DNA of 63,871 nt, the filler included, from Basidiobolus ranarum (taxonomy: Eukaryota): the NCBI GenBank assembly GCA_040143965.1. It is 44 parts of 44 records of this genome, joined end to end, with 100 filler letters (N's around TTAATTAATTAA, not from the genome) between each part and the next. Parts side by side here need not be neighbours in the genome. Positions count along the whole stretch, not along the records: positions 26,255 to 27,609 come from JASJQH010012309.1; positions 27,710 to 29,064 come from JASJQH010012310.1; positions 29,165 to 30,518 come from JASJQH010012311.1; positions 30,619 to 31,972 come from JASJQH010012312.1; positions 32,073 to 33,426 come from JASJQH010012313.1; positions 33,527 to 34,880 come from JASJQH010012314.1; positions 34,981 to 36,334 come from JASJQH010012315.1; positions 36,435 to 37,787 come from JASJQH010012316.1; 36 more parts are not named here. The stretch is one strand, 5' to 3'. Position 1 is the first letter of the stretch. Each line of letters opens with the position of its first letter. Shown in pieces: positions 26,781 to 38,945 of this stretch. The notes below the pieces were generated by a model, which saw nothing but the letters and a program-made list of their open reading frames with translations, did no database searches and was not told the DNA's origin. Made by a program: the position numbers and the translations under genes.

Positions 26781-26841
26781 TGCCTACTGCCGGGATTGAA
26801 CTGGCGACCTTCAGTTTACGAGACTGACGCGCTAAGCAGGC
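26781..26841 (-). tRNA. tRNA-Thr(CGT) lacking the D-arm, probable pseudogene
   Basis: Acceptor GCCTGCT/AGTAGGC, anticodon arm TCAGT-CTCGTAA-ACTGA, T-loop TTCAATC, followed by a T5 run; only 7 nt between acceptor and anticodon stems. Confidence 0.8.
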
Positions 26842-27709
26842 CTTTTCAATACTGTGGCAGTGGCAAAATTCAGGAACCTATTTGTTACAGGGAAACCTCA
26901 ACGGATAAAGAGCCTCCTCATCACGAACATATATTTCGTATAGGCTCAAAGAAATAAGAGTATATATATCTACAATATCTAGTATCTCTCGTTATAAAAT
27001 ATTTTCCATTTACAGACATCAGTGATCTCCCCTGAACCCATCATATGCCAACGAAATACAAATAAGGCAGAAAACGGTCGTCGTTATTTCAAACCAAGAT
27101 AAAAATCGCCTTTATATTTTGCACACTCATATTTCAAGACCCAATCTCAAGCTTGACCAACTTTCATAATTGTATATTTCCAAAGTTGTCCGCAATCAAG
27201 AAACAAATATTCACATCTTTATATCTCACAAACTGCACGATGAAATATTACTAGATATTAGGATGACAATTTGCTACTATTCTTCTATCTCAGATATAAA
27301 TTTCGAACAAACAAACATCGGAAACTGAAGTTACACAGCATGTGAAATGGGCCATTGCTCTGACAGATAAGTTCCGAATTTGTAGGACTCCCAAATGCCA
27401 CTCGATTTTCTCCTGAACACCTCTCTGAAAATACCGCTATCAAAATAAAGTTATTCAGTCAATTTATCAGTGAATCAAGGTTTTAGTTTTGTTCCAATCC
27501 AATTGATTGCTTTGTACGGTGCAAAGAGCTCATTAGATGTTATGAGGTATTGAGAGCTAAATCTATTTGCTGGGTGAGCTGAATTGGTTCCTTTGTGATA
27601 TTCATCTCANNNNNNNNNNNNNNNNNNNNNNNNNNNNNNNNNNNNNNNNNNNNTTAATTAATTAANNNNNNNNNNNNNNNNNNNNNNNNNNNNNNNNNNN
27701 NNNNNNNNN

Positions 27710-27880
27710 CTCCACCGCAATGGCAATCTACCCGTTAGTGAATCGAACGGTGTTCACTCACTCCAAGATGTTCCAGTATTTGCCACTGGACCAGGCGCCC
27801 ACCTCTTCGGACGTGTCATGGACAACACTGAGATATTCTTCAACTTTGCCGAGGCTCTAGGCCTTGGTCAAGATAATTAG
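27710..27880 (+). CDS. Alkaline phosphatase-like protein, C-terminal fragment
   Basis: GNLP..GVHSLQDVPVFATGPGAHLFGRVMDNTEIFFNFAEALGL. Confidence 0.85.
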   Translation, partial: LHRNGNLPVSESNGVHSLQDVPVFATGPGAHLFGRVMDNTEIFFNFAEALGLGQDN

Positions 27881-28843
27881 ATTTAATGTGAATGATCAAT
27901 ACTTGATGGGATAATATGCCACCTAATATCGTATTGCTATATTCCATATATTACTCTAGATTTAAAGAATCCACCACTAATTTACACATGCCCGATGCCA
28001 ATAAAATTCATCAATCTCCATCAAAATATCATCATGACTAAAGAGAAATGGGATAGCTCTCGCGCCAATCCATTAATATCATTGAAAGATTTGGCCATCG
28101 TTTCAGAAACCAAAGTAACTGAAGTTTCCACCATTTCGTAAACGTGGAGAGTTACAAAATGACGCGTATTATTGGAAAGCAAACGTCTATGGGTAATCCC
28201 AAATAATTAGTGAGAAAGTTAGTCAAGCGGGGTACATAAAAGAAAAAATATGGCCTTAACTGCAAGTCTGTAGGAACGAATAAAAGCAAGGTAGAATATT
28301 TATACAGTTTATATTTAAAACACGCCCATTCGTCTACGATATACATGTATCACTTCGTATCACTGCTAACAATATCTACTTGGGTAGACAGTTTGATTGA
28401 CACGTGTGTAGTATTTCACTTCAATGCGAGCACGGTATGGTATGCGTAGTCATCACAGATGGCTTGGGAAAATAGTGCTTTTCAGGGTGCACCTATCAGT
28501 ACTTGTCATTAAGGCACGCTTTTATCACTTTTTGACTCAGATGCGGATTTTGTATATGGATAATACATTAATATAAACCGACTCATCCCTGGTTTCCAGA
28601 TCCTCTTTGATTGGCGGGTTTTTTAGCTTTTTCATAATGATCCAATTTAGTCATGTACTAAAATTCCTAAATGGCAATATCTATCTAATCGCTTGATGAA
28701 CTAATGTCGTTCTTTTGATCAACCCCTCATGATAGAAAGGAGGGTAATGATTGGATGCAACAAATCGAAAGAACATATAAATTGGTCTGACGATCAGGAG
28801 GTGGACCAGCAACTTGCTGCTAATCATCACAACCGAAGTAAAC

Positions 28844-29064
28844 ATGTCTACAACATTTAGAGCTTTAGCATTGATTAGTGCCTTGAGTTTGTTAAGTACC
28901 AACGTACTATCAGATCAATTCACTAGATTTCCCGGTTGTCCTGACAAAGCATGCATCATTCCACCCACAAGGTAAATATACGCCTTAGTATTTTCACTTT
29001 GCCAACTTGTCTTCTACAACATAATACTTACTGCCCTTTCTCAATAGTGCTGAAATGCTCTTAG
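28844..29064 (+). CDS. Secreted alkaline phosphatase-like protein, N-terminus (intron 28972-29047); tandem paralog
   Basis: MSTTFRALALISALSLLSTNVLS-DQFTRFPGCPDKACIIPPT/SAEMLL; GT..AG intron with TACTTAC branch-like site keeps the frame. Confidence 0.7.
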
Positions 29065-29164
29065 NNNNNNNNNNNNNNNNNNNNNNNNNNNNNNNNNNNN
29101 NNNNNNNNTTAATTAATTAANNNNNNNNNNNNNNNNNNNNNNNNNNNNNNNNNNNNNNNNNNNN

Positions 29165-30209
29165 GTGGAGAAGTTCTCTTGGTTGCATAAGCTTCAGCTA
29201 AGCGAGAAAATTCATCTTCATTGTCAGATTCCAATGTTTGGTTCTGGTGTTTGTCAACAGCAAAGTGCTGTGTGTTCTGGTCAGGGTCTTCAACAGTTAT
29301 TCTTCTAGTGTTGTTAACTGGTGGGCGGTAAGTTGCTTTCATACCTCCTCTTCCAAAGTTTGGCCTGACACTTCTGCCATTATGATCAAGTATGAACCCT
29401 CTTGAGTCCAATTGGAGCTCTCCTTTGTCAAGTAGTTCATTCAATTCAGGACAGTCCTTCTTGGAATGCTCGGTTGAGTCACACCATACACAATTAGATG
29501 GGTAGGAAGATTGATAAGTCCCTCCTTGGTAGGATTTACTTTCAAGCTTCAAAGTGAGACGTTCAAGTTTCTTGCTAATGTTGGATAGTTCTTCCTCAAC
29601 ATCGACTGTTCTGCTTTTTGTCAATGGTTCCTCTGGTCTTGGTTGTTGTTGTTCCCTGCTCTTCTGGAGCATCTTCATGAGTGCTGAGTTCTCGTGACTT
29701 GCTAGCAGCACTTTCTTCACACTGGCAAGAGAGGGAATATCAGAGGTTGATTGGCCGGTAGTTTCTTGATCTACTTTTGTCAATAGGTGTTGGGGTAAGG
29801 CATTCAATAGGTAAATAGTAAGGGTAACTTCAGTGATAACACCTTGTCGGATCAAAGGTGCTCCAATATTTTCAAGCTCTTGGATAAATTGTTTGGTAGG
29901 CATCTTTGAGAAGCTGGTTTTGGCAAAGTCCTCCAAGTCATAGATTGAGTAAGTACGGCAGGGTTCTCCATAGTGTTCTAGCAAGTGTCCTTTCATAAGG
30001 CTCCAGTCTTGTAGTATGGAAGGGTTGTCTTCAAGTGCTAACATAATATCATCTTCACAGTAAGGTGGTAGTTCCTCAGCCATCCTATCTTGAGGAACAT
30101 TGTAAGCTCGGCAGAAAAGTTCCCATCTCCTGATGAATGCTTGAACTTTAGTTCCATCAAAGAAGGGAGTTCCTGGGGATCCGCATAATGGTAGTATTGG
30201 GGTTGACAT
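29165..30209 (-). CDS. Ty3/gypsy Gag with CCHC knuckle, open frame truncated by contig end
   Basis: PFFDGTKVQAFIRRWE; CVWCDSTEHSKKDC; PBS and LTR immediately upstream. Confidence 0.85.
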
Positions 30210-30272
30210 GTTGAATAGGTAGTAGTAATAGTAGTCTTTCTTGTTGTAAGTCTTCAGAGAGATTCAGTTGAA

Positions 30273-30518
30273 CCCCCCACGTTGGGTGCCAAATGTAGTT
30301 GTTTTAGGGTGTAAGCAGTAACTATAACTGCAATATCCTAAGGGTTTTGTGAGGTGTCCAAAGGGTGCGATAACCACGGTTGAATAACTCTGGGATGTAC
30401 TGTAATATGGGTCTGTCTCTTGCCTCTTGGGTCTTTGTGAAAGGGAATCAAGCCTCTAGAAATGTCTAAGGACTGATAAACCACAATGCAATGTCCAGCT
30501 TTCTGTTGAATAATATGC
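30273..30518 (-). mobile_element. tRNA-Lys-type PBS (TGGCACCCAACGTGGGG) and part of the 5' LTR (30294-30518)
   Basis: PBS lies 2 nt after the LTR end CTACA; one mismatch to the canonical Lys PBS TGGCGCCCAACGTGGGG. Confidence 0.85.
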
Positions 30519-30618
30519 NNNNNNNNNNNNNNNNNNNNNNNNNNNNNNNNNNNNNNNNNNNNTTAATTAATTAANNNNNNNNNNNNNNNNNNNNNNNNNN
30601 NNNNNNNNNNNNNNNNNN

Positions 30619-31385
30619 TGAATTAGATCAAATTTTTTGACAGATTTGATTAAATCACAGCTCTTGAATGGCTTCCTGACTTTTTATCCATATATACAAC
30701 CCTCACAAATTTCCATTTTGGTTGGGGGTTAATTTGAATTCTAGAAATTAGGTGATTTTCAATCATTTTGCTCAAATAATCTCATCTGATATGGCTGAAT
30801 CTCTTATGCCATGATTGAATAGTTTCTTGATTGGAATTACTTATATTTATACATAAACATCTTGGATCATATGTAAGCTTGTATAAGTTCTGATTCTTTT
30901 TTCCTAAAGCTAAATAATTCCCATTTTGATTAGTGATGGTGGATCCTGACTTATCAAAATTGAATTTTAGCCCTTCTGAGGTGGCTATGCATACAGATGT
31001 TAAATTCTTGGCAGTGTCTGGAACATGTAGTACATCCTTAAAATTGTATATTTTCTCTTCAAAAGCTTAGTTAAATTTACTTGAATTGTTCCCATTCCAA
31101 TAGTATCCAATGTGTGGTCATCTCCCATGAAAACCTTTCTAATTGGGATTTCTTCATAATCCACAAACCAATGTTTTTCTTTTGTGAAATGTTAGGAAGC
31201 TCCAGAATCAATAGACCATATGTGAGACTCCTTGTTGGTAGTCATAAATAGAGCAGATATGAACAAGTGATCTTCTGTTGTAACCACATTTCCAGATTCA
31301 GTACATTTTTCTTCTTTTGCAATTCTTTTGAAGCAATCTTTGCTTAAATGGCCATTTCTTTTACAGTAATCACAGAATGTGTTAC
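30619..31385 (-). pseudogene. Copia knuckle, protease and pre-integrase, decayed
   Basis: CDYCKRNGHLSKDC; WSIDSGAS.HFT. Confidence 0.85.
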
Positions 31386-31620
31386 TGTCACACTAAGGAG
31401 CTGGACAAGGACTGGAAACAACAATAAGAGGCTAGAAGGCGGGAGAGTACTTGGATATAGGCTACAAGACAACACAAGACTGGACAGGGAAGATAATTTA
31501 GCAAATATCTTTATTGATAACTGGCATTGAGCAGACTGAGGTCTGATCAAGGAATACATGGGGCTTATATTGAGAATGCAAGATAAAACATAATATACTG
31601 AATAGGGAATATATCGTAGC

Positions 31621-31972
31621 CCCTAACAAAAATAAAATCAATTTGATGTGGATTGGATCCATCCTCCAAAATAGCAAAACCATTGGAGAACAGTTGCAAT
31701 ATTGGTGGCTTGCATTCTGCCAGGGATTTTGATGGTGTAATGGTAGCTTCTTGATGCTATTTTAATGGTATTTGTACATGTTAAAATATTGATCCTCAAA
31801 TTTGGCATGCATTACTTGATATCTGGCAATTTTTGCAAAAATCTAATTTTTGAATGGCAAATTACTGGGTTTACTAATGTAACAATATGAATTAATATGC
31901 ATGCCTTTATTTAAATATTTTAGGCTTTATATTGCAGCCATAATGAGAATCAAAAAATATAAGAATCTTGTT
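31621..31972 (-). mobile_element. CMC terminus B adjacent to a chromovirus LTR
   Basis: CCCTAACAAAAATAAAATCAATTTGAT. Confidence 0.85.
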
Positions 31973-32073
31973 NNNNNNNNNNNNNNNNNNNNNNNNNNNN
32001 NNNNNNNNNNNNNNNNTTAATTAATTAANNNNNNNNNNNNNNNNNNNNNNNNNNNNNNNNNNNNNNNNNNNNT

Positions 32074-32202
32074 GTCTTCGCTCCTATCCAACCTCTCATC
32101 GTTGATAGCTTCAAGAACTGCGAGGGTCTTTCCCGTATCGCTTTCCTTGATGGTAACACCGCTGTCATGCTTGGTAAGGTTGTTTCCGTTGAGCAAAAAT
32201 AA
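32074..32202 (+). CDS. EFL: Elongation factor-like GTPase (EFL), C-terminal 42 aa
   Basis: VFAPIQPLIVDSFKNCEGLSRIAFLDGNTAVMLGKVVSVEQK*; EFL-type C-terminus rather than the EF-1alpha PPLGRFAVRDM; strong codon bias. Confidence 0.88.
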   Translation, partial: VFAPIQPLIVDSFKNCEGLSRIAFLDGNTAVMLGKVVSVEQK

Positions 32203-32311
32203 ATTTATTAATTTATTAGCTTAATAGAAATACTAAATAATTGAGAAATTCTTTGTAACTAGATAATAAAATTGCAACCAATTTTTTAAACCAAATTTAT
32301 TGTGTTTTATT

Positions 32312-32521
32312 TCATTTCTTTAATCCCGCCTCGAAATCTTTCTCCAATTTGCCAACTACTCCCTTGTGGTCATTCTTGTCAGTGTATACACGTTGATCGG
32401 TGTTCTGCCAGGATTCGGATTTTTCTGCTGTCTCGAATTCACCTTTCTTGTCATCGTGCTTCTGTCTGCCATGGGCGACCACCGAGCTGTTGGGTTCTTG
32501 TCCGAGGTGTTTGGAGTTCAT
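32312..32521 (-). CDS. Small hydrophilic hypothetical protein (69 aa)
   Basis: ATG in ACAATG context; K/E/D/G-rich; CpG-normal composition; convergent with EFL. Confidence 0.45.
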   Translation of the reverse strand: MNSKHLGQEPNSSVVAHGRQKHDDKKGEFETAEKSESWQNTDQRVYTDKNDHKGVVGKLEKDFEAGLKK

Positions 32522-33526
32522 TGTTGATGAGAGGAAGGACTCAGAAGCACTGAAATTTATATAGAATCCAATGAATTTCGAAACATACCATGTCACTATC
32601 GGTGCAAGTCACCATTCAACTGATTGGAGGTGAAATAGATGAAGTTAAACTAGATCCAATAAAGATATATTGGAAAATGACACGCATATGAGATGACTTG
32701 TACCTCTAATATCTACTTGGGAGATTCTAATCCATATAATTCATACTATGCGTCCTATTCATATATCTTCCATTAGTGACGATTGCTCTTTAGGCCTAAC
32801 CCTAAGTATTGTTCAAAACCGTTAGTCATTTAAGAAATTTTCTTCGGGTTCATAATGACTTCAATTGCTTAGACACCTAACCTTAACCCTAACCCTTCGT
32901 AGCCTTCTTAGTAAATTTTCATTAACTTAACCATTTGTATAAATTGCCTCCATCATCGTATTCACCTAATTATTTCACATATTATTTCCAACTTAGCGAT
33001 ATTTGGCTAAATAATGATAACTTAGTTCAAAGCAGAAATTTATATGGGATATGCAAATTATCCAAAACTTGTTAATGATAAACTCGTAATTTGAAGTCTT
33101 CCGGTGCAACTCTAATATCTCTCAATCTAACTATATATTCATTTTGGATGTACTTCTTCCATACATCTTAGATTCTTCCAACAATTTATGATTCCTAATT
33201 TGCTACTCTAGAATGCCTCAAATCTCTACAAACACCTTTACACAAGTTATTGAGGAATCTGTTAAAATTAGCATTGCCTAAACACCTATATAGTCATATA
33301 TAGCTTAGTACTTGGTGTTGGAGGATCTTGACATAATGGGGGTAGACTTTGAGTATTAGAAGCAACTTATGATAGTGTGTTTTAGTTAGTTTATTCTTAA
33401 GAGTATATGGTGACTTATATAGTAGANNNNNNNNNNNNNNNNNNNNNNNNNNNNNNNNNNNNNNNNNNNNTTAATTAATTAANNNNNNNNNNNNNNNNNN
33501 NNNNNNNNNNNNNNNNNNNNNNNNNN

Positions 33527-33664
33527 GATAGAAATGTCGAGTTCGCTTCTGCTCAAACGGATGATGTTGTGGCCAACATCCATCTTTGCAGGCAAGGGCC
33601 AGACCCAAGCCATTGAAGTGGCAGCCAAGAGAGAGATAGATGTAAGAATTTTAATGGCGACCAT
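33527..33664 (-). CDS. Secreted beta-N-acetylhexosaminidase (GH20), N-terminus
   Basis: Signal peptide followed by VWPLP. Confidence 0.75.
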
Positions 33665-34282
33665 GATGAATTCGTATGACTCTAAGATATCTAACCTAGA
33701 GATTTCTATTCACACTTTTATACTTCAAATTTCAATAGTTCCGGGATTCAGAAAATCACCCTGTGAATATTTGAATAGCAACTGTTTTATCCGAATAGCG
33801 TAACATCAAACCAGTTGTATTCAATTTTGTGCGCGGAGTTTCTATTTCCAATGGAGTCAAGAACGTTACTCCAATTTCACTACGGATTAGGAAATTACAG
33901 AAAAACCATACTATACATAGAATTAATGAATATGTGACCGATAAGCACTAATTCTCATCGTGTTATCTTCTATAGTATACAATAACAATTACCAGAACAA
34001 TCCTTCCTCGTCTCAAATATCAAATTCAAAGCCAACAAAGCTAAAAGGTCATTAAAAATACGAGTAAGTGCTTCAGATTTGTTACTTCCAAGGTAGGCAA
34101 ATTAACATCGTCCCTTGTTCATCTTGGAGCATTACACTTGAGAAAATTCTATGAGTCAATATAAATGACAAAAAAAATTTCATCGTTTACGATCAAAAGG
34201 TACATAAACTTTTATTAAGCAAAAATTATAGATACTATTGAATAAATTAATAGTATAATGCTCTACTATTCAAATGGTTTCC

Positions 34283-34880
34283 CTAGCAATTACGAGGGTT
34301 GCGAGCACACCACAATGGTTGTAAAGGAACAGCTCCAATACCACGATCAACTAAGCGAGCTCTTTGTTCGTTGATACGAGGGAAGACATCACCAGTCTTG
34401 CGAATGGAGCCATCAGCTAGTTTGATGTCAGACCACAACACTTCAGCAGCAGCTGAACCACGAGGCCACAAGACGCTATCGATGTTGATACCATCAATCT
34501 GCTCAGCCCAGAGTCCGACTTCACCACCAAGGACAAGTTTACCTTCTTCCTTGGTCATGTTGGCAGTGAGATCATAGTTGTAAACAATTTGCCAGCTCTT
34601 GTAAGGATCACACCATGAGTTACCTTGGCTGTCACTGATCCAAGCTCCACGACCACAGTCGAGATACCATCTCTCGTAGCTGGTAGCAATCACACGATGT
34701 CCAGCACGGACTACCTTCAAGGCATCAGCAGCACCGAGCCATACGTGGATAGCAACATCCTTGCCCATGGGGACATGGTGACTGGTCAAAGCCTCTTGCC
34801 AGGTGATGGGAGTCTTCTTGTTTTCACGAATCCACTTGTGACTCTTGAGAATGAACTCTTCAAGAAGAATGTCCAGGGTG
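34283..34880 (-). CDS. GH20 beta-N-acetylhexosaminidase, C-terminus
   Basis: WYLDCGRG..SWCDPYKSWQ..VLGGEVGLWAEQID..LWPRGSAAAEVLWS..PLQPLWC. Confidence 0.95.
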
Positions 34881-34980
34881 NNNNNNNNNNNNNNNNNNNN
34901 NNNNNNNNNNNNNNNNNNNNNNNNTTAATTAATTAANNNNNNNNNNNNNNNNNNNNNNNNNNNNNNNNNNNNNNNNNNNN

Positions 34981-36086
34981 CCTCAATTCTAGTAGTGAGT
35001 TGTGTAGATTCTTCTTGTGAAATAGATATCTTGTCAGGAGTCTCCTTGATCCGGAGTGATCTAGTACATCTCTGCAATGCTCTAGACTGCTTCAATTTGC
35101 CTTTGGGGATATTTTCTGATTCAATAAATTGTCTTGCTTTTCTCTTTACACCTCTGTTGATTACTCCTGCCATAGTGTCCTGAAATGTTACTTTGAACTC
35201 TGCAACCTCCATCAACAGTTGCTGCAAAGTCTCATTGAGTAGTGGTAGATATTCAATTAGAACATCTTTTGTCTCTAAAGTTGAGGCTGCAATAGTTGCT
35301 TTGGGTCCTTACAAGCAAAAAACGCAATTGGAATTGTGTCTTTGTGGACTCAAAATCAAAATTCCTATTTCTCAATTCATGCTTTCTATCTTCATGAGTC
35401 TTATTGTATATTTGCTTGCAGACTTCTGAAGGCATGAAGATATAGTATTCTCTCCAAAGCAGAGTCAAAAGTTGTTTCCACTTTTGTCTAATGCCCCCTT
35501 CCCCAGCTTCTGTCAAGTTTATCAATAACTCCCATATATCCAAGCAAGAATTCATAGTGGATACCTGGGCATGTGTAAAAATCATTAGGTACACACTGCT
35601 TTGCACCACCCACACCTTCATTCCACTGCGCACACAAAATTTTGGAAGCAGTTGTTTCCAGTACCAAAGTAGGTTATGAACCAGGAAGAATCTGTTTTGA
35701 CTTGATATGTAGCTACCATATGTATCTATGATGTTTGACTTTATTGGTTTCAATCAGAATGAGGGAACTTTTTATATTATTGGTTAAAATGTCAAAGTTA
35801 ATTTCCTATAGTTTGATCAAGCATAATGCATTCCGCTTTGAGCCTTTTTGATATGTATGCTAAATAAATTGATATGGATCAAACTATGATGAACTTTGCT
35901 GATGCAGTTTATTATATAATTTTGATGCAATTACACATAATTGAGATAATTAGGTAATAAACACAAACAGAAATTTTATTATACCAAATGTAGGGAATTT
36001 TACCATGATAATTGAAATTCTTAGATAAATAACTTGTGTGTGCCAGACTGATCAGTATTGTGCCAGCTCAATACAAGATTAATATT
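34981..36086 (-). mobile_element. PHIS element: accessory ORF (-), divergent spacer and transposase start
   Basis: Colinear with 3730-4286 and 5848-6375. Confidence 0.8.
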
Positions 36087-36334
36087 AGACTTGTTCCATA
36101 GGACCAGGTCAGATTGTGCCGCTCAATCCCACCTGCTAATACACCATCTGGTGTGATCTGTCAATTACCATGGCTAGGTCCTAAAACACTTGATCGGACA
36201 CTATAAGGAACATTAGGGCACTATCCCACCACAATTGAACACGATGGTTTTTTTGGAGATATTGTGCCAGCCCATACAAAGTTACCCGATTTAGTATTGC
36301 CAAATTACAATTTTGGGTAACTGACAAAGTAAGT
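36087..36334. mobile_element. PHIS-family end (AGACTTGTTCC) inserted at ATT in the transposase start
   Basis: The uninterrupted site is present at about 6365-6380. Confidence 0.75.
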
Positions 36335-36519
36335 NNNNNNNNNNNNNNNNNNNNNNNNNNNNNNNNNNNNNNNNNNNNTTAATTAATTAANNNNNNNNNN
36401 NNNNNNNNNNNNNNNNNNNNNNNNNNNNNNNNNNTGAGTTTGAAATTTCCAATATGGAATTGCTAATTCTCACATTATTCACATATATATATAATATATG
36501 TTCCAATTTTCAGCTAAGT

Positions 36520-37590
36520 GATATTTGACTAAGTAATGTTAACTAGCTTATATGTGATATGTGAAATAGTTAGGTGTATAAAGATAGAGATAATAAATAT
36601 GATAAAGACAATAAACTTCAACAGGAAGTGGTCAGGAGAATTAGAGAAACTGGTGGTTTTACTTATTGATATATTGAGTTGAAAGTTGATATTATTAGTT
36701 TTGGCAAGATGTGAAGAATCAACATGTACAATCTGATCAGGAAGCTCACAGGAACACATGCAAAAGTTTGGGGCTTTTAGTACAAGTTTGAAGAAATATA
36801 TTTATGTGAGAATTTCCAAGTTAGTGTTCATATTCTAAGTATGTTCCAATCACTAACAATGGGCAATATCTGTGGAAATGATCATTGACTAAACACCTAT
36901 ACAGTTATATATGGCTTAGTACCTAGTTATCTTTTATTTCCCCAAGATATTACCTACTATTCTCAATTAGAATTTGCTTAAAATATTGACACCAACTTGG
37001 AAGTACTTGAATATATTTATTAATCAAAGTTTTGCTAGAAGCCCCATACTTTGCAAACATGTTACTGGGACCTTCCTGAATACATTTGATCACTAATTCA
37101 TAGTCACTATTCTTGTGGATGAAATGGAATGCCTTGGATTACCAATTACTGATCAGGATAGTATAGTAACATTCCTGAATATCCTGCCACACAAGTTTCA
37201 GAGCCTAGTAATGGCTCTAGAATGAAGAACTGAAAATTTAACCTTAACCATGTGTTTTGCAGACTCCTGGATGACAATTTATGCAAATTAGGATGCAGCC
37301 AAAAAATGAAGAAAATGCCTTACTAAGCTATGCAAAGCCCACCTATAAAGGTCAAAAGCACTTTGAAAAGCAATGCATTCTGTAATTACTGTAAAAGAAC
37401 TGACCAAGTAAGCAAATGTTGTTTTAAAAGAATTTTAAATGAAGTGAAACATACTGAATCTGGAAATGCAGTTACAAGAGAGCATCAGATGTGGTATATT
37501 GATTCAGGAGCCTTCCAACACTTCACAAATGAAAAATGTTAGTTTGCAGATTAGGAAGATATCTCAATTAGGAAGGTTGTCATTATATGT
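36520..37590. mobile_element. Nest of copia LTR fragments and decayed gag-protease
   Basis: LTR homologies; FCNYCK..WYIDSGA. Confidence 0.75.
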
Positions 37591-37887
37591 GCTCTCTCTA
37601 CTAAAGTCCTATTCATCCTTTCTGCAACTCCATTTTTGTTCTGCACTATATGGAATAGAAATTGTTGCTGAATTCCCTTTTCTTGACAAAAGCTAGTCAT
37701 GGCTTAATTGCTAAATTCAGTTCCATTTTCACTGCAAAGGTATTTGATTTTTCTTCCTGTTATGGTTGTGACCATTGCTTCATATATNNNNNNNNNNNNN
37801 NNNNNNNNNNNNNNNNNNNNNNNNNNNNNNNTTAATTAATTAANNNNNNNNNNNNNNNNNNNNNNNNNNNNNNNNNNNNNNNNNNNN

Positions 37888-38945
37888 TATATAACTTAGT
37901 AATTTGTTATCTTATAGCTCACTAAGATATTATCAATTATTCTCAATTGGAATTTACTTAGGATATTTTTTCCAACTTAGAAGTTCTCAGATATATAGAT
38001 TTTTCAAACTTGTGCTAGAAGCCCCAAACTTTGCACACATGTTTCTGGGACCTTCCTTAACATATTCTACTCATTAGTTTGTTTATATCCTGACAAAACT
38101 ATAAATGTCAACTTTCTACTCAATAAATCAATAACTGAAAAACCACCAATTCCTCTAATTCTCCAAACCACTTCCAACAGGCTCCCAAATACCTTAACAA
38201 TTTCTGGCTAATTTGATACAACTTTGATTATCTTGAAATATTATAGTTAGAGAGTCTTGAGAATAGCCCAAATCTGTTGAGAGATTTTGTAACCATATTG
38301 CTCCTTTTGTTGCTTCAGAAGCAGCCATGTATTCTGCCTCTGTTGTTGAAAGTGCTATGGTAGGTAATTTCTTTGCATCCCAAAAAATAGTTTTTATTTA
38401 TAGATTGCCTGTCTTCAATATCTCTTCCCCAATTTACATCTGAACTTCCTAGCAGATGAAAGCTAGATCCGGAATATGTGTTTTTTAAGCACAAATTGAT
38501 AATATCTTTCAAATATCTAAATATCCACTTAACTGTTATGATTTGATCAAATCCGTGATTATGAAGATAGTGGTACATAGCTCCCACAGAATAAACTATA
38601 TCTGGCCATGTTCCAACCACAATATGTATCAAACTACCAATTACAGATTGATAGGGAAATTTCTGGCTTTCATTTGAATCCAAGAATATCTGATTGGAGT
38701 CATTTTTGGTCAAGTTAAGATTTGCTCCTTTGGAGTAGATACTGGAATACATTTTTCACTTTAAACAACTTTGGTATATCTAGGAAATGCTTAGATTGGT
38801 TGGAAGTTATTGGCTTTGTGGTTTTATCAATCTTAATTTTGATTCCAAGATAGTATATCAAATCACCAAGATCAATCATTTTAAACTTGGTTGATAAGCT
38901 GGATTTGGTTATCTCCAAAGTTTCCAAGTCATTGGTTGCTATATG
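37888..38945. mobile_element. Copia LTR (37888-38199) and decayed RT/RNase H (-)
   Basis: MIDLGDLIYYLGIKI; PYQSVIGSL. Confidence 0.85.

Noticed and set aside
26634-26957. 107-aa ORF
   Set aside because: Overlaps the tRNA-Thr relic, has a non-ATG start and no motifs
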